From the NCBI GenBank assembly GCA_043228905.1, contig JBHGNT010000029.1:248001-312000 (forward strand): 64,000 nucleotides of DNA, written 5' to 3'. Numbering within the stretch: the stretch's first letter is position 1; the number at the start of each line of letters is the position of its first letter. Of the stretch, positions 52,036-64,000 are shown one piece after another. Source of the stretch: Azolla caroliniana. Lineage: Eukaryota > Plantae > Polypodiophyta. Below the pieces are notes generated by a model that was not told the origin of the DNA, did not search any database, and was given only the letters and a program-made list of their open reading frames with translations. The translations under genes and the position numbers were made by a program.

Positions 52036-53432
52036 AGCACAATTTTGCTAGCTGATTTTGTTTCATCCACAATTTTGCCTGTACGCCTATTCTTTGAGCT
52101 TTTAGGAATTCGGTCTACAATTGTGTCTAGAACGATTTTTTATCTTGTAGGAGCTACCATCATATATTTTGTGAAGATGTATTCATGTATAAACATTTAC
52201 AGGGATCCTTATCATATCCTATGAGAGATGCATTCAAAAGCAAATATGAGAGGCATAGATGGAAATATAAAGCCAACATTCAAATTTTGTAGAAAATATT
52301 TTAGTGGATTTTCACGTATTGCCATTTCCTTCTATCTTGCAAATCCTGCTCATCTATGGTTGAGTAGAGGTTTAGTTTTTTTTGTGTAATAGTATGTTGA
52401 TGAGTCTTGCAGGTCTTTTTTGCTTCTTAAAGAATGGTAGTACTTTTCTAGATCATGACAAAATGTTTTTGGATGTGGTTATGTTTGTTAAGATAACTGA
52501 TAACGAATGTAGAACAAGAATGCTTCATCATTAACTGAAAACCTTATGATTTTAGCCAGTATGTGAATTGGCATTCAACTGGATCACCGATTATAATAAG
52601 CTGTATAGGCAGTTCGAAATAAAAAAATACAATGTAATTATGTAATTCACTCTTTGTTGACAGTAAAGATGTCTATCCCTCTTCGTGGGCTTTTTGGGTG
52701 TTCAATGCATATTACATAAGATTGCTTTGTTACAACTTACATTTCACAACTGCATTGACAGATCATTGTCCCGTGTAGAGAGAATGTTAAAGACCATGCA
52801 AGTGGATGATTGTTGGCTGTGCACACCACGTGATTAACATACACTGATAGACTAATAATGAAGAAACTTCAATTGTGTATGGTCAAAGAAAATGTATTTC
52901 TGAGTTTAATAGGCAGAAAAAAGAAAAAGGACAACATTTGTCTCAGAACACCACAAAATATCAAATTTATGAAAATGTGTGAGGTATGGCTTTTTTGAAA
53001 GCACTCGTACTGAGGGCAACATGCTTTTTTCAATGGTAATCCTTGTCCCTAAAATGCATCAACACAGATTTGTGAAGAATTAATTCTTATATAAACAGCA
53101 AAAGTGTTGCCGTATTTTAGAAATTGGAAATCTTTGGATTAACTCTATTATATATAATTGAGTCATGGTAGTCACAATGATCTATTTTTAAACTAAATAA
53201 ACATATAGATGGGTGGTGGCAACATAAAAGTCAAACATGAGCTATGAATAATGGGAATGACTTGTATATACATATAATAACAGCCATATCGATAGGAGTT
53301 AATAATGGATTCAATATACATATATTTATAGAAGTATTGGCTTGGAACGTGCCATTCACACATTCAAAATCTTGTACATACATTATGTGATATTTTTAGG
53401 AAAGAGCATATGCTTGTTTAATAGATACAAGC

Positions 53433-53560
53433 ATGGTCGGGATATTCATCTCCTTTGTATCTTATAGAAGGTTTGAACAACATGCAATTCTTTAATGGTC
53501 GGGATATTCATCTCCTTTGTACCTTATAGAAGGTTTGAACAACATGCAATTCTTTAATGG
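53433..53560. repeat. 62-bp direct tandem duplication (2 copies, 1 mismatch)
   Basis: ATGGTCGGGATATTCATCTCC... starts at 53433 and 53495; a third ATGG at 53557 gives a 4-bp junction microhomology. Confidence 0.93.
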
Positions 53561-55941
53561 ACTGTGCTAAAGATTCATGGCAATCGTGATATGATTGGAT
53601 ATGATACTAAATTAGAATAGGAAAAAGATGTGCGACACACTGATGTTTTTGGCATGATGGGCTATCCTCGAAACCTAAGATTAAGCACATGGTAAAATTC
53701 TCTTTAATTAGAAGCTTGATTATGTGCTAAGTGAATTTGCATAATAACATCCAAGCAAATACATGCAAATCTAATAAAATAGGCAAAACATGCTTTTCAT
53801 AACTGTAAGCATATTTTGGTAATGAGATACATGGCTCATTCCCCACAAATGCTCATTGGCAAAGTAACATAGAAATCACAATTTTGAGGGTTATTAAATT
53901 GATTGGTTCACAAAAAGCTTGTCTTAGGCACCACATGTAGTATCAACTTTATGCATAAGCATCACAATTGACGAGGATAGAGGGAAATTTTTTGTAAGAA
54001 ACAAAACTAAACATCCTGAGGAGATTAACAATGAGAATATTATATAAAGAATAATTGATGGAATCATGAAAACATAAAATCTAATATTAGGATCTAGCAC
54101 ACACGCACAAACATGGCCTGCACCTTAACTATAGTATAATAGTCCACGTTTGACTTATACTTTGTTTTATTGAGTTTTCACTCTTTTGTCTCTAGTACAT
54201 AGTTGAGCATGGTTGTGGTTTTCTTGTTGTATGTATAGCTCCACGTTCATCTTGTACAAGACATGGCATGACTTATATTATGTTTATCATTTATTTGTGA
54301 CCTTTTGTCTCTTGTCTTATTGTATAGTCCCATGTTCCTTTCGTAAAAGATATGAGCATGCATTGCACTCATGCCCATGGTTCTATGAAGCATCCTAAGA
54401 GCCTCAACTCTTTGACTTTGATATCTATGTCAATGTATGCATGCTTGATCTATATTACTGTAATATTTGGGGTTTGAAGTGTTTGCGAAAATCCAATGTA
54501 AGATATTTAGTTAACCATAATACAATATAGAGACAATTTCAAGTTTCTTTTCAAAAACATTCGACCACAGAATCTTTTGTCGAATATATGCGTACATTTT
54601 GAGAGAGGATCATGTGGCCACATCATTAGGCGGGATCCTCTTCAAGTTAAGCTTGGGGTGACTCTAGGGAACATGACGCTGATGGCCAGGCGTAATAACA
54701 TCTAATAAAAATCGACAATGTAAGCATCCATCTCACTTTAATACAAGTTTGTCAAAGACATTATTGCAAGAATAATATTGGGCCCTTATTTGTATAAGCA
54801 AAGTATTGGCTACCAATCTAATGATGGATTTTGCACACAAGGTCTTGTGGGCACAACTTATGGAGATGATAGGTACATAGACATATCCTCAACAATTGAC
54901 ATGACTTGCCATGGTTTGATGATAGTGTGCTGAGGTGAGTTTTAAGACATCATAGGAATATCAGCTTAGAGCTTAGAGGTTGACACCAAAAATGCAAAGT
55001 AGCAAGCTGAGTTTTAGGATCCAACAAGAAAAGAAAGGAGGAATTCCCGACAAACTACACATGCATAGCCACTTGAAATATCATACCATAATTGGGTTTA
55101 TCTCAAGGAATTTCTCTATTTCCTTTCATTTGTGTCCCACTTGTTTTAGAGTTGAATGAAAGCATGACAACATTTGCACAGGACAAAAAATTAGTGCCTG
55201 TAGGAGCATGACAGTATTTGTTTTTTGAGTTTGAATGTCATTTCGATGGCACTCAAAAGGGGAAAAAGGACGACTAATATAATACCTTAACTAATTGGCA
55301 TCTAGAATCTACCCAGTACAATTAGTGATTCTGATTTCGCGCTTACAAAGTCAATTAGTGCCCTACCACTTTTTTTAATACTCGACCTTTTCGATCCAGC
55401 TTCTAATTAAATATATTTACGCTGGTATCTTCAAATTTTTTTATAGGTTCAGCGAGGAACGTATATCTATAACAGAAACGGTTTGACTTTTGAATCGTGA
55501 AAGGACTTGTGTCAGGATGATTACAATGTCAAACCCCACCAAGTAGTGTATATATATTCAATGCATCTTATCTCTATTGAAGGAGATTCCTAAGTATATA
55601 TTTTACTTAGCCCTGGCCTTGATTTCATCCTTTCAGATGATGAGATTCAGTAATCATATTATTTAATATCCCAACCAATTGATCTTCTATAGCAGCAGCT
55701 CTTCTACTCTCATTTCTTGGACAATTGATGGTTAGATGTCCTCCTGCACATAACGTACACAGAGGTTAGTAACTTCACGACATTCTGCATCAAAAAATTC
55801 AGTTTCTGATTAAGTTCATGCTAATTACTCGAGAATTCATTTGACTAATCATCCTTCCAGATAATTAGTATTAAGACATAAATAAAGAACTGATTCAAAT
55901 CTATTACTCAGGTGGTGTTGACTCAGATAACTTATATCAAT

Positions 55942-58900
55942 ATGTCGAAGAGGCACAGCACAGATTCAGGTTCTGGAAGGGTGGAGCCAGAGGGTGATTA
56001 TGGGGCGGTGGCTACCACGCGACCCGAGAGCATCGATTACCTGGATCACCAGAAGGTGATTGTACCTAAGAAGGGTACATTAGCAATGGAGATAAAGACC
56101 ACTGTTCGCGAGACATTCTTCCCGGACAACCCCCTTCGTGGTTTCAACAAGGAGACACCGAAAAGACGACTCTACATGGCCCTCACATACCTCTTCCCAG
56201 TCCTCCAATGGGGCCGTGGCTACAACCTCCTCACCTTCAAGGACGACCTTATAGCCGGCCTCACCATCGGCAGCCTCTGCATCCCCCAGGATATCGGTTA
56301 CGCCAAGCTTGCTGGCTTACCCCCCATCTATGGCCTCTGTAAGTGCTACCTCTCTATGCACATGGGCTTCCACATTATATTCCTCTTTCTCATTGATCTC
56401 ACATTAAATGAATGCAGATACAAGCTTTGTTCCCCCGCTCTTGTATGCGGCCCTTGGAGTTTCCAGAGAAATTGCCATTGGACCCGTTGCAGTCGTGTCC
56501 ATACTCTTGGGTACCTTGGCCAAAGAAGAGTTCCCTGTTCCTGCTGCTGCCACTGCCAATTGTGAAACTACTTCCACTAAGTTCATTAATGCTGATTGTA
56601 GCAACTACAGGGAGGCCTACCTTGCCCTCATCTTCACTGCCACACTCTTCACTGGGATTTTCCAGGCTGCTCTTGGCCTCACCAGGTCAATATAGTTCAT
56701 TATTATTCTCTGTTTATAACTTTATAACGTACTATCAACATCAGGATCAAAAGTGTGCAATTTTTACTATTTGATAAATCTCCTGATTTTCACTGATCCA
56801 AGATAAGTGGCTGACACAGGCTTGGATTCATCATTGATTATCTTTCACACGCCGCAATCATAGGGTTTATGGCGGGTGCAGCCATTACCATTTCGCTCCA
56901 ACAGCTCAAGGGGCTTCTCGGAATATCCACAGGATCCTTTACCAAGAAAACAGACATTGTGTCAGTCCTTCGTTCTGTATTCACACATACAAATGAGGTA
57001 TTACCTTGAATGCAACCCTGCAGAGAGCTGGAAAATTCTTTCTTAACATAAAATTTCCATAATTTAGCCTTAACACGACCAAGACTCCTCATTGTTTAAT
57101 GTTTGTATTGTGAACTATTTATGTAGTGGAGCTGGCAGACCATCCTAATCGGCCTGTTCTTCTTGGCCTTCCTTTTATTAACCAAATATATTGTAAGTTA
57201 TATGAGAAAAACAGAGTTGCTAGTTCAGTCCTTCTGAATATCTGGTTTTTTATTGTTTTTATGGTTCAATCTGCAGGCAAAGAAGAGGCCTAAGTTCTTC
57301 TGGGTATCAGCCATTGCCCCTCTCACCTCTGTCATCCTTTCAACTCTGTTTGTCAAATTCACTAAAGTTGACGAGTCTGGGGTTGCGATTGTAAGTATAA
57401 AAATATTAGATATTCATCCTACTACTACCTCAGATCAATTGCCATTGATCCTACGTATGCAATAGTGAAATTAAACAGCGAAATCAAATCCATATCTTGA
57501 TAGCCGGTTGGTAATCATACACTATTTCAGGTTGGGAAATTCACTGCTCACATAAATCCATCATCTGTTGGACAATTTGTTTTCCATGGCGCCGTTCTCC
57601 AGCATGCACTTATTATTGCTGTTCAGTCATCTCTCATTGCACTCACAGTAAGTACATCAACTCTGTTCAAGTTTTGTTTATCAATGGTATGCTATATTGA
57701 AAAAATTATTCAGAATCCATACACATTTATCAATCTTTGTGTCATGATATTGTAAATATGCAGGAGGGGGTTGCAATCGGCAGGACATTTGCAGCTATAC
57801 GAGACTATCACATCGATGGCAACAAAGAGATGATAGCTTTTGGAGCAATGAATATTGTTGGCTCTTGTACTTCCTGCTATGTTGCTACTGGTAAACAGAT
57901 AAAAGCAGTTAACCATAAAACATAATTAGTTTTGGTATTGGATTGATCTATAAGATGTCCCAAAGCATTTCCAATAATGGTACTAAAATACGAATGATGA
58001 TGACATATATTGAGCAGGATCCTTCTCTCGATCTGCAGTGAACTACAATGCTGGTGTGAAGACACCTATGGCGAATGTAGTGATGTCAATGATGGTCCTT
58101 GTTGTCCTGGCTGTGGCAACGCCTCTCTTCCACGACACCCCAAACTGCATCCTTGCATCAATCATCATCAATGCCGTCCTGGGCCTATTAGACTATAGTG
58201 CAATGTACAAGATATGGAAGATTGATTTTGGAGACTTCGTGGCTATGGTCGGGGCCTTCTTTGGCGTCATCTTCATCTCAGTGGAAATGGGCCTCCTCAT
58301 TGCGGTATATTGCACAGATTCCAGCCATTACAAATTATGACTCTGATTTGTTATTTTCAAATGTCTGTATCCAACTTGTTAATGTAGGTTGTCCTCTCAG
58401 TAGCCAGAATCTTGTTACAAGTGACCAGGCCCCACACAGCTGTGTTGGGAAAAATTCCAGGGACAAGTATTTACAGGAATGTGGAGCAATATCCAGATTC
58501 CATCAAACAGCCGGGTATCTTGGTTATCCGAATCGATGCTGCCATTTACTTCTCCAATTCCAATTATCTGAGAGAAAGGTATAGTTTCCATCTAAACTGA
58601 AAGATTGATGATTTCACGACTAATTCAGCTTGGGCCTGGTAAGAATACTTCAAAAAAAAAAGAATACTTTATGTGAGCCCTCTGAAAACCCCATGAGACA
58701 CCTCATATCGATCAATTCTTCACAGTGATGAGGTTCTCATATGTTTTCGGGGTCGGTATCCCATTCTCCAACCAGGTGGGTGGCCTTAGGCGTCTCCTAA
58801 CCTAACCTTGGCTTCTTCAGGTCACTCCAGAGCAATCCCATTGCATCATCTCATTTCATTTGCCCGCTGTATTTTTAAGGTCCCCTGCTTTTTGCTTGTT

Positions 58901-59783
58901 TGAATACTCTTGACAATCTCATTACACCAAATAGCACTACATTTTGTTTCTTCTAATGAGTATTTAAGGGGAACCACATATAGTAAGTATACAATACGGG
59001 AACATTAATAATGAAGGGCCTCTATGATGATCAGGATACTGAGATGGGTGGATGATGAAATAGAGATGGCAAAGGAGGAAAATGGAGTTCCGATTCAGTT
59101 TGTCATCTTGGAGCTGTCCCGTGAGTACACACACACTACTGCCAATTTCTTTGAGTTTGTCAATGTGGGCATGGCATCATAAAAACTAAAAAACATCTTA
59201 GTGGTTGTAATAAAATACGTACGATGATCAGTCAGCACGTTTTGATGAACATAATGTAATACTGTGTGTACCCGCTTGGCTTGGCTTGGCTTGGCTTGAC
59301 GAAACAAAATGATTGAAATGGCAGCCGTGACAAACATCGACACAACAGGCATTCACTCGTTGGAAGACCTCCTCACCAATCTCAACAACAGGAAGATCCA
59401 GGTATGGTACTACTACTACTACTCTCATATGAATGAAGGAATGAAATATTTGGGCATCATATAATCATGCATGTGAATGAAAAGGATTTTTGGCAATACA
59501 CATCAGCACGTTACACGCACGAGAGAGAAGGAGAGACTTACTAGGCAAGTATGGTATTGAGTTTGAGTTTGAGTTGAATGGATATCTGGTATATGTATGT
59601 GTGTGTGTGTGTGATTGGGTGGTGCAGCTGGCGATGGCGAACCCGGGGGCACGGCTGGTGCAGAAGCTGGAGTATGCAGGGCTCATGGATAGGCTGGGGA
59701 GGGAGTGGTTCTTCCTGACGGCGGGAGAGGCGGTCAAGATCTGCTCCTCCCGCCTCAGCGTGGGCGCCCACCTCCTCCTCTAG
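55942..59783 (+). CDS. SULTR: Sulfate transporter (SulP/SLC26 family with STAS domain, SULTR1/2-like); 12 coding exons: 55942-56338, 56418-56685, 56820-56997, 57127-57192, 57277-57390, 57531-57647, 57764-57890, 58018-58304, 58388-58578, 59035-59120, 59325-59401, 59628-59783
   Basis: [84 protein letters not shown]; [16 protein letters not shown]...VTNIDTTG...LAMANPG. GT-AG introns with consistent phases. Confidence 0.95.
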
Positions 59784-59949
59784 AGCGCCCGCCCCATCTC
59801 TCTCACTGTCTCTGATTTCATTGATGATCACACCCAAATTGGAACTACATACATACATACATACACCATTCATATTCCTTCCCATCATCCCATCCCATCC
59901 CATCCCATCCGAAGCTAAGTTTGCAGAAAACGTCTCTCACCTCGCTTCA

Positions 59950-59952
<3 letters not shown>

Positions 59953-60006
<54 letters not shown>
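59953..60006. repeat. Compound (TC)n(AC)n microsatellite downstream of the SULTR stop
   Basis: Seen directly. Confidence 0.93.
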
Positions 60007-61559
60007 CCAAGAGTACACCCAATAGTATGTACATATATATATTTTGACCGTGTGGTTCCCCGCACCCACATCTTCAAGAGATGCTGATAAACAAATTGAC
60101 AAAACATTCGTATCTTAACAATGAGCGACACCTCACCTTCTCGTTGAAAGTTTCTTTGTGCTTTTCTTCGAATAATAAGACACTATTTCTTGTAGTACAT
60201 CACACCAAACAATGCACACCGTTTCCAAAACGTTTAATGGACACTCGATCGCGTGCGAACAAGCATCGCCACAAGGGAGCATATGTATCGAACACACACT
60301 GGTGGGAAATTCGGGCTCATCATCTCTATAGAGTAGAGTAGTGTCGAGTCATAGTAGTTGCACCAAGGCTTTCACGTAAGACGAGAATAGTTTCGCAATT
60401 TGTTTAATAAAAGCCTCATGAGATGCATAAGATGACAACATTTCGACCCAATTAACATTGATGTCAAGTGAGGCAATGAACCAACACCAAATTTTGTAAG
60501 GGGTAAATATCCTGATGCCTTACATGCACGGATGACAAATATGTCCTTTTAGATCAGGACATTGAGTGATTGTACCTAGCATCCATCTGCCATATTTCAG
60601 TGGCAATTGGGTAGGTTGTCCACATAGTTGAGCCCAATTATGCATGTTGGCAGGTCATGTCCTCGCCTAACACATTAACTATTGAAATAAACAATAATAA
60701 ATAAGAAAATGACAAACAAATAAATATTTATAAATATTAGAAGATATGATGCCTCATTTAAGAGTCATTGTGTCTCATTGGAAAGACACCACTTGACAAT
60801 TACATGTTGCATCATTGTACACTTGTTTAATTGAATGGAATCAAACACTAAGTTTATACAAAATTTGTCATTATTCTATTCCTATACTCCTACATGATTA
60901 ATGTTAACCACTAAAAGCCTTGCACCATACTTGTCTAGCATTCATCTTGATAGGCATTCACAACCATGGCCAAAACATCATCCTCAATATCCTTGCAACC
61001 CTAAATTTTAGAAACTGATAAAAAAACAAACATCAACAAACTTTCTAACACAAACTATTGCATAGTGAGAATAAAAAGGATAATCTTTTTTTCCCAAAAA
61101 GGAGCTACTTTCCCATTAGTTAGGAGAGATTATTACAAAAAGACTATACAAGGTGGTTTATACATAAATTAAGGATTCATCACTCTCCGATTGAGTTCAA
61201 GAATATGAGACTACATACATATCCTTTCAAATTGACTACTATGGCCTACAACGAAGGGAGGGTGGGAAGTAAGTAGGTAACAACCAGCATTGGGGCTGGT
61301 AATTCCACCTCGGGTTGTTTCCTCATTGCGTCATCATCGGCATGTTCTGCCATTTTTGCTAGAAGTGCAAATGGTTAGTGACCACGTCATTGGAGTGGCT
61401 GCAAACCTCGTCCCTAAACCCTAAACCCTACCTTATTTTGACAAACAGAACTATGGAGTGTTACAGTACAAGGAACATAAAGCAAACTACTTGTACCCTA
61501 AAATTACTAAACAATATTTTGAAATTTTCGAAACCAAGAAATGATTGTACCTCTTTCAA

Positions 61560-62200
61560 CAAAGTTGGGATCACCGCTACCTTTCGTGCATCCATTGTGA
61601 TACCAAAGGGTGAGATCACATAACCCAGGAATTCTATAGAGGTTCGATCGAATTCACATTTCTCAATTTCGGCATAAAGTTCATGTTCCCGAAGTTTGGT
61701 TAGAACCAGCTAGACGTGTTGTGTGTGCTCCTCTAAGTTGGAAGAAAAAACTAGGATGTCATCAAGGTAGATTACCACGAAGTGATTGAGATACTCGTGA
61801 GATATATTGTTCATCATGTGCTGGAACACTGTTAGGGTGTTGGTGAGACTGAATGGCATCACCTTGTACTCAAAATGCTCATAGCGTGTCCCAAAAGCCG
61901 TTTTCCACTCATCGCCAAGCTTGATGCGCACCAGATTGTAGGACCCCCGAAGGTCGATTTTGGAGAAGATATGTCTGGTTTAGAGTCGATCGAGGAGCAC
62001 TGGAATTAAGGGTAAGGGATAATGATTACGCACAGTAACTTTGTTGAGACCTCGATAATCCACACATAGTCGTAATGAGTCGTCCTTCTTCTTGACAAAT
62101 AAGATTGGGGCCCCCGCTGGTGATTTAGAGGGTTGAATGAAGCCCTTCGCGAGGTTTTCATCAAGATATGTTCAGAGAGCCTTAAATTCTGGGTCAGAAA
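61560..62200 (-). mobile_element. Degenerate Ty3/gypsy reverse-transcriptase fragment (chromovirus-like)
   Basis: The minus strand reads [29 protein letters not shown]...[23 protein letters not shown]...VMPF...[10 protein letters not shown]...KCEF...FLGY with stops. No LTRs visible; boundaries approximate. Confidence 0.9.
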
Positions 62201-62451
62201 GCCCAACGTCCATTCGAGCTTTTTATAACATTTGCAAAATGCTTTAGAGGCCATTCGAGCTTTTCATCAACAGTACCCACATAAGCCAGCCATTGGTCTT
62301 AGGAGGCCACTGTAGGGGGAGTTTAATGTCATAAACCTAGAATCTATATGCCAATGTGGAAAGTGGGGGTTGAACCCAAGTGACGAGAGTGGTCGAGTAT
62401 GAGCACTTTTCCATAAACAAGTTTGAGAGTCTGAGTATCACATGGTACAAT

Positions 62452-63591
62452 ACTCTGTATGAGTCCGGCTATACTAGCTCATGGTATGGCATGATGGTGA
62501 TTTGGCTTCTTGCGAACAGTCTAGACATTAATAACCTCCCTCCCCTTAGGTACAACGACGCAATTGGTAACACTTTAATCTCTCATGAGGACCGCAATAA
62601 AGTAATACGCCAAGAAATATGGCAAATTTACACTCGGTATAAATGGATCACCCCACTAGAGCCACTCCCATCTAAAATGTTGTACTATAAGGAACACTTC
62701 GTGCACTTCTCTAAGTTAGGTTTTATTACGTGGCCAAAATATCTAGATGTATTCTTACCACATGCACTAAGGGTTGCCATTGGACAACTTAGAATATCAT
62801 CTCACCAACTTGAGATTTAGAATGGGCGTACTAATGGAGTCCCTAGGAAGGAAAGGATATGTAGGTTATGCCACATAGAGATAGAGGATGGGTACCACTT
62901 TACATGCAAGTGTCCCACCTACGCCGAGATAAGAGCAAAATACCAAGACATACTTGGTTCCTCTCCTACCCTCCCCAAACTATTAGATACTCTAGATATA
63001 AAGAAATTAGGCAAAATCTACATCCTAGACCTAAAACAACACAAAGAGAATAAGTTACAAAATGCGATAATAATGTTGCTAATGTTCACCAACATGTAAG
63101 AAATGAAGTTTTTCAGGAACATGGGGAGACAACGAATGTCATCACACCTGCATCACTCGACCTTTTCCTTGATGAAGCATAAAATCAAAGAAGAACCAAA
63201 CGCCCTCAGATGTTGGGTTTTAAAGCAACTCGACGTGGTGTAGAAGCAATAAAGAAAATAAGGGAACGTGAGTTACACCGCCTAGAAGTCATGCCTGGGG
63301 CACTCTATACTCTGAGACCATGGGTCACACCCACACCAAAACCCTTTGACCTCCCACTTCTTTTCGAGAGGCTTGGGTGGAAATGAAATTAGGCTTAGTG
63401 CAAGGTCACTTCCTTTGATCGAGTATACCACGTTTTGTACACCACTAGAACTCTTTAGTTTAAGTTCTCTTTTTACTTTATTTTATTTTAGTTTTGATGA
63501 TTGGATAAATACCCATTTTGTTGTAAATCAACTGTCTCAAAGGGCAATTTTGGCGTTAAGAAGACATTAATATATCTTTCTTTCTGTCTTT
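62452..63591 (+). mobile_element. 5'-truncated copy of the same LINE family, including 3' end and TC-rich tail
   Basis: SWYGMMV.WLLAN.LDINNLPPLRYN...KMLYYK.HF matches ORF2 of the 40602-44986 element. It continues about 500 bp beyond where that copy is cut and ends in ATTAATATATCTTTCTTTCTGTCTTT. Confidence 0.9.
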
Positions 63592-64000
63592 GATCATATT
63601 TGACCATGCTTTCCACAAATCTTCAATCAAGCCCAATTCTTGCACAAATTTCTCTCACAACACAACGTGCACTCTCGACTGCAACATTCATTGGTAAAGT
63701 TCTTGAACATCTAGAGTTGATACTCACTTTCACATGTATTATGTGAAATGTAATGTTTTTGGTCTCATAGGTCATAGTTGACCTCCAAAGACGATAATAG
63801 AATCTATCGATCTCTCCATTTCTCACTCTACTTGAGATAACAATGTTAAACACACATTTGAAGCCAAACTTTATAATCCTTTTGTATGTGTGATCCTTTT
63901 GTATGTGTCGGGGTGGTTGTGATTCATGCGGCGAAGTCGCAGGGACTAAGGTTAAAGGGAGTCGGCTATATATTTTATAAGGCTTTGTGCATTGATGTTA

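Noticed and set aside
52036-55900. Short ORFs and putative sulfur-response elements in the OGDH-SULTR intergenic region
   Set aside because: AT-rich non-coding sequence. The short cis motifs occur by chance and cannot be supported from sequence alone.
61412-61430. CCCTAAACCCTAAACCCTA telomere-type repeat
   Set aside because: Fewer than 3 units. Telobox-sized and common, so not evidence of a telomere or fusion.
62360-62420. Possible tRNA-derived SINE (minus-strand GGTTCAACCCC B-box-like)
   Set aside because: No convincing A box, cloverleaf, tail or TSD.
63600-64000. Possible degraded retroelement fragment (ORF 63623-63853)
   Set aside because: No diagnostic motif could be read with confidence.

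Overview
Eukaryotic (land-plant, probably non-angiosperm such as a fern; this is inference) nuclear DNA at the edge of a satellite array. Bases 1-40601 are a head-to-tail array of about 190 copies of a 178-bp monomer with higher-order repeats. Two insertions of one young Ty1/copia family interrupt it: a solo LTR (6979-7687) and an intact element (31076-36662). The array stops abruptly inside the 3' end of a minus-strand LINE (40602-44986). Next come a spliced mitochondrial 2-oxoglutarate dehydrogenase E1 gene, a 12-exon sulfate transporter gene, a Ty3/gypsy RT fragment and a 5'-truncated copy of the same LINE. Main observation: each monomer is a roughly nucleosome-length imperfect palindrome. 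The two copia insertions lie at exact mirror positions (-59..-55 and +55..+59) about its axis, and the array ends 75 bp from the axis. This suggests a nucleosome-phasing satellite with a retrotransposon that targets it. The short ORFs in 1-40 kb are satellite artefacts.
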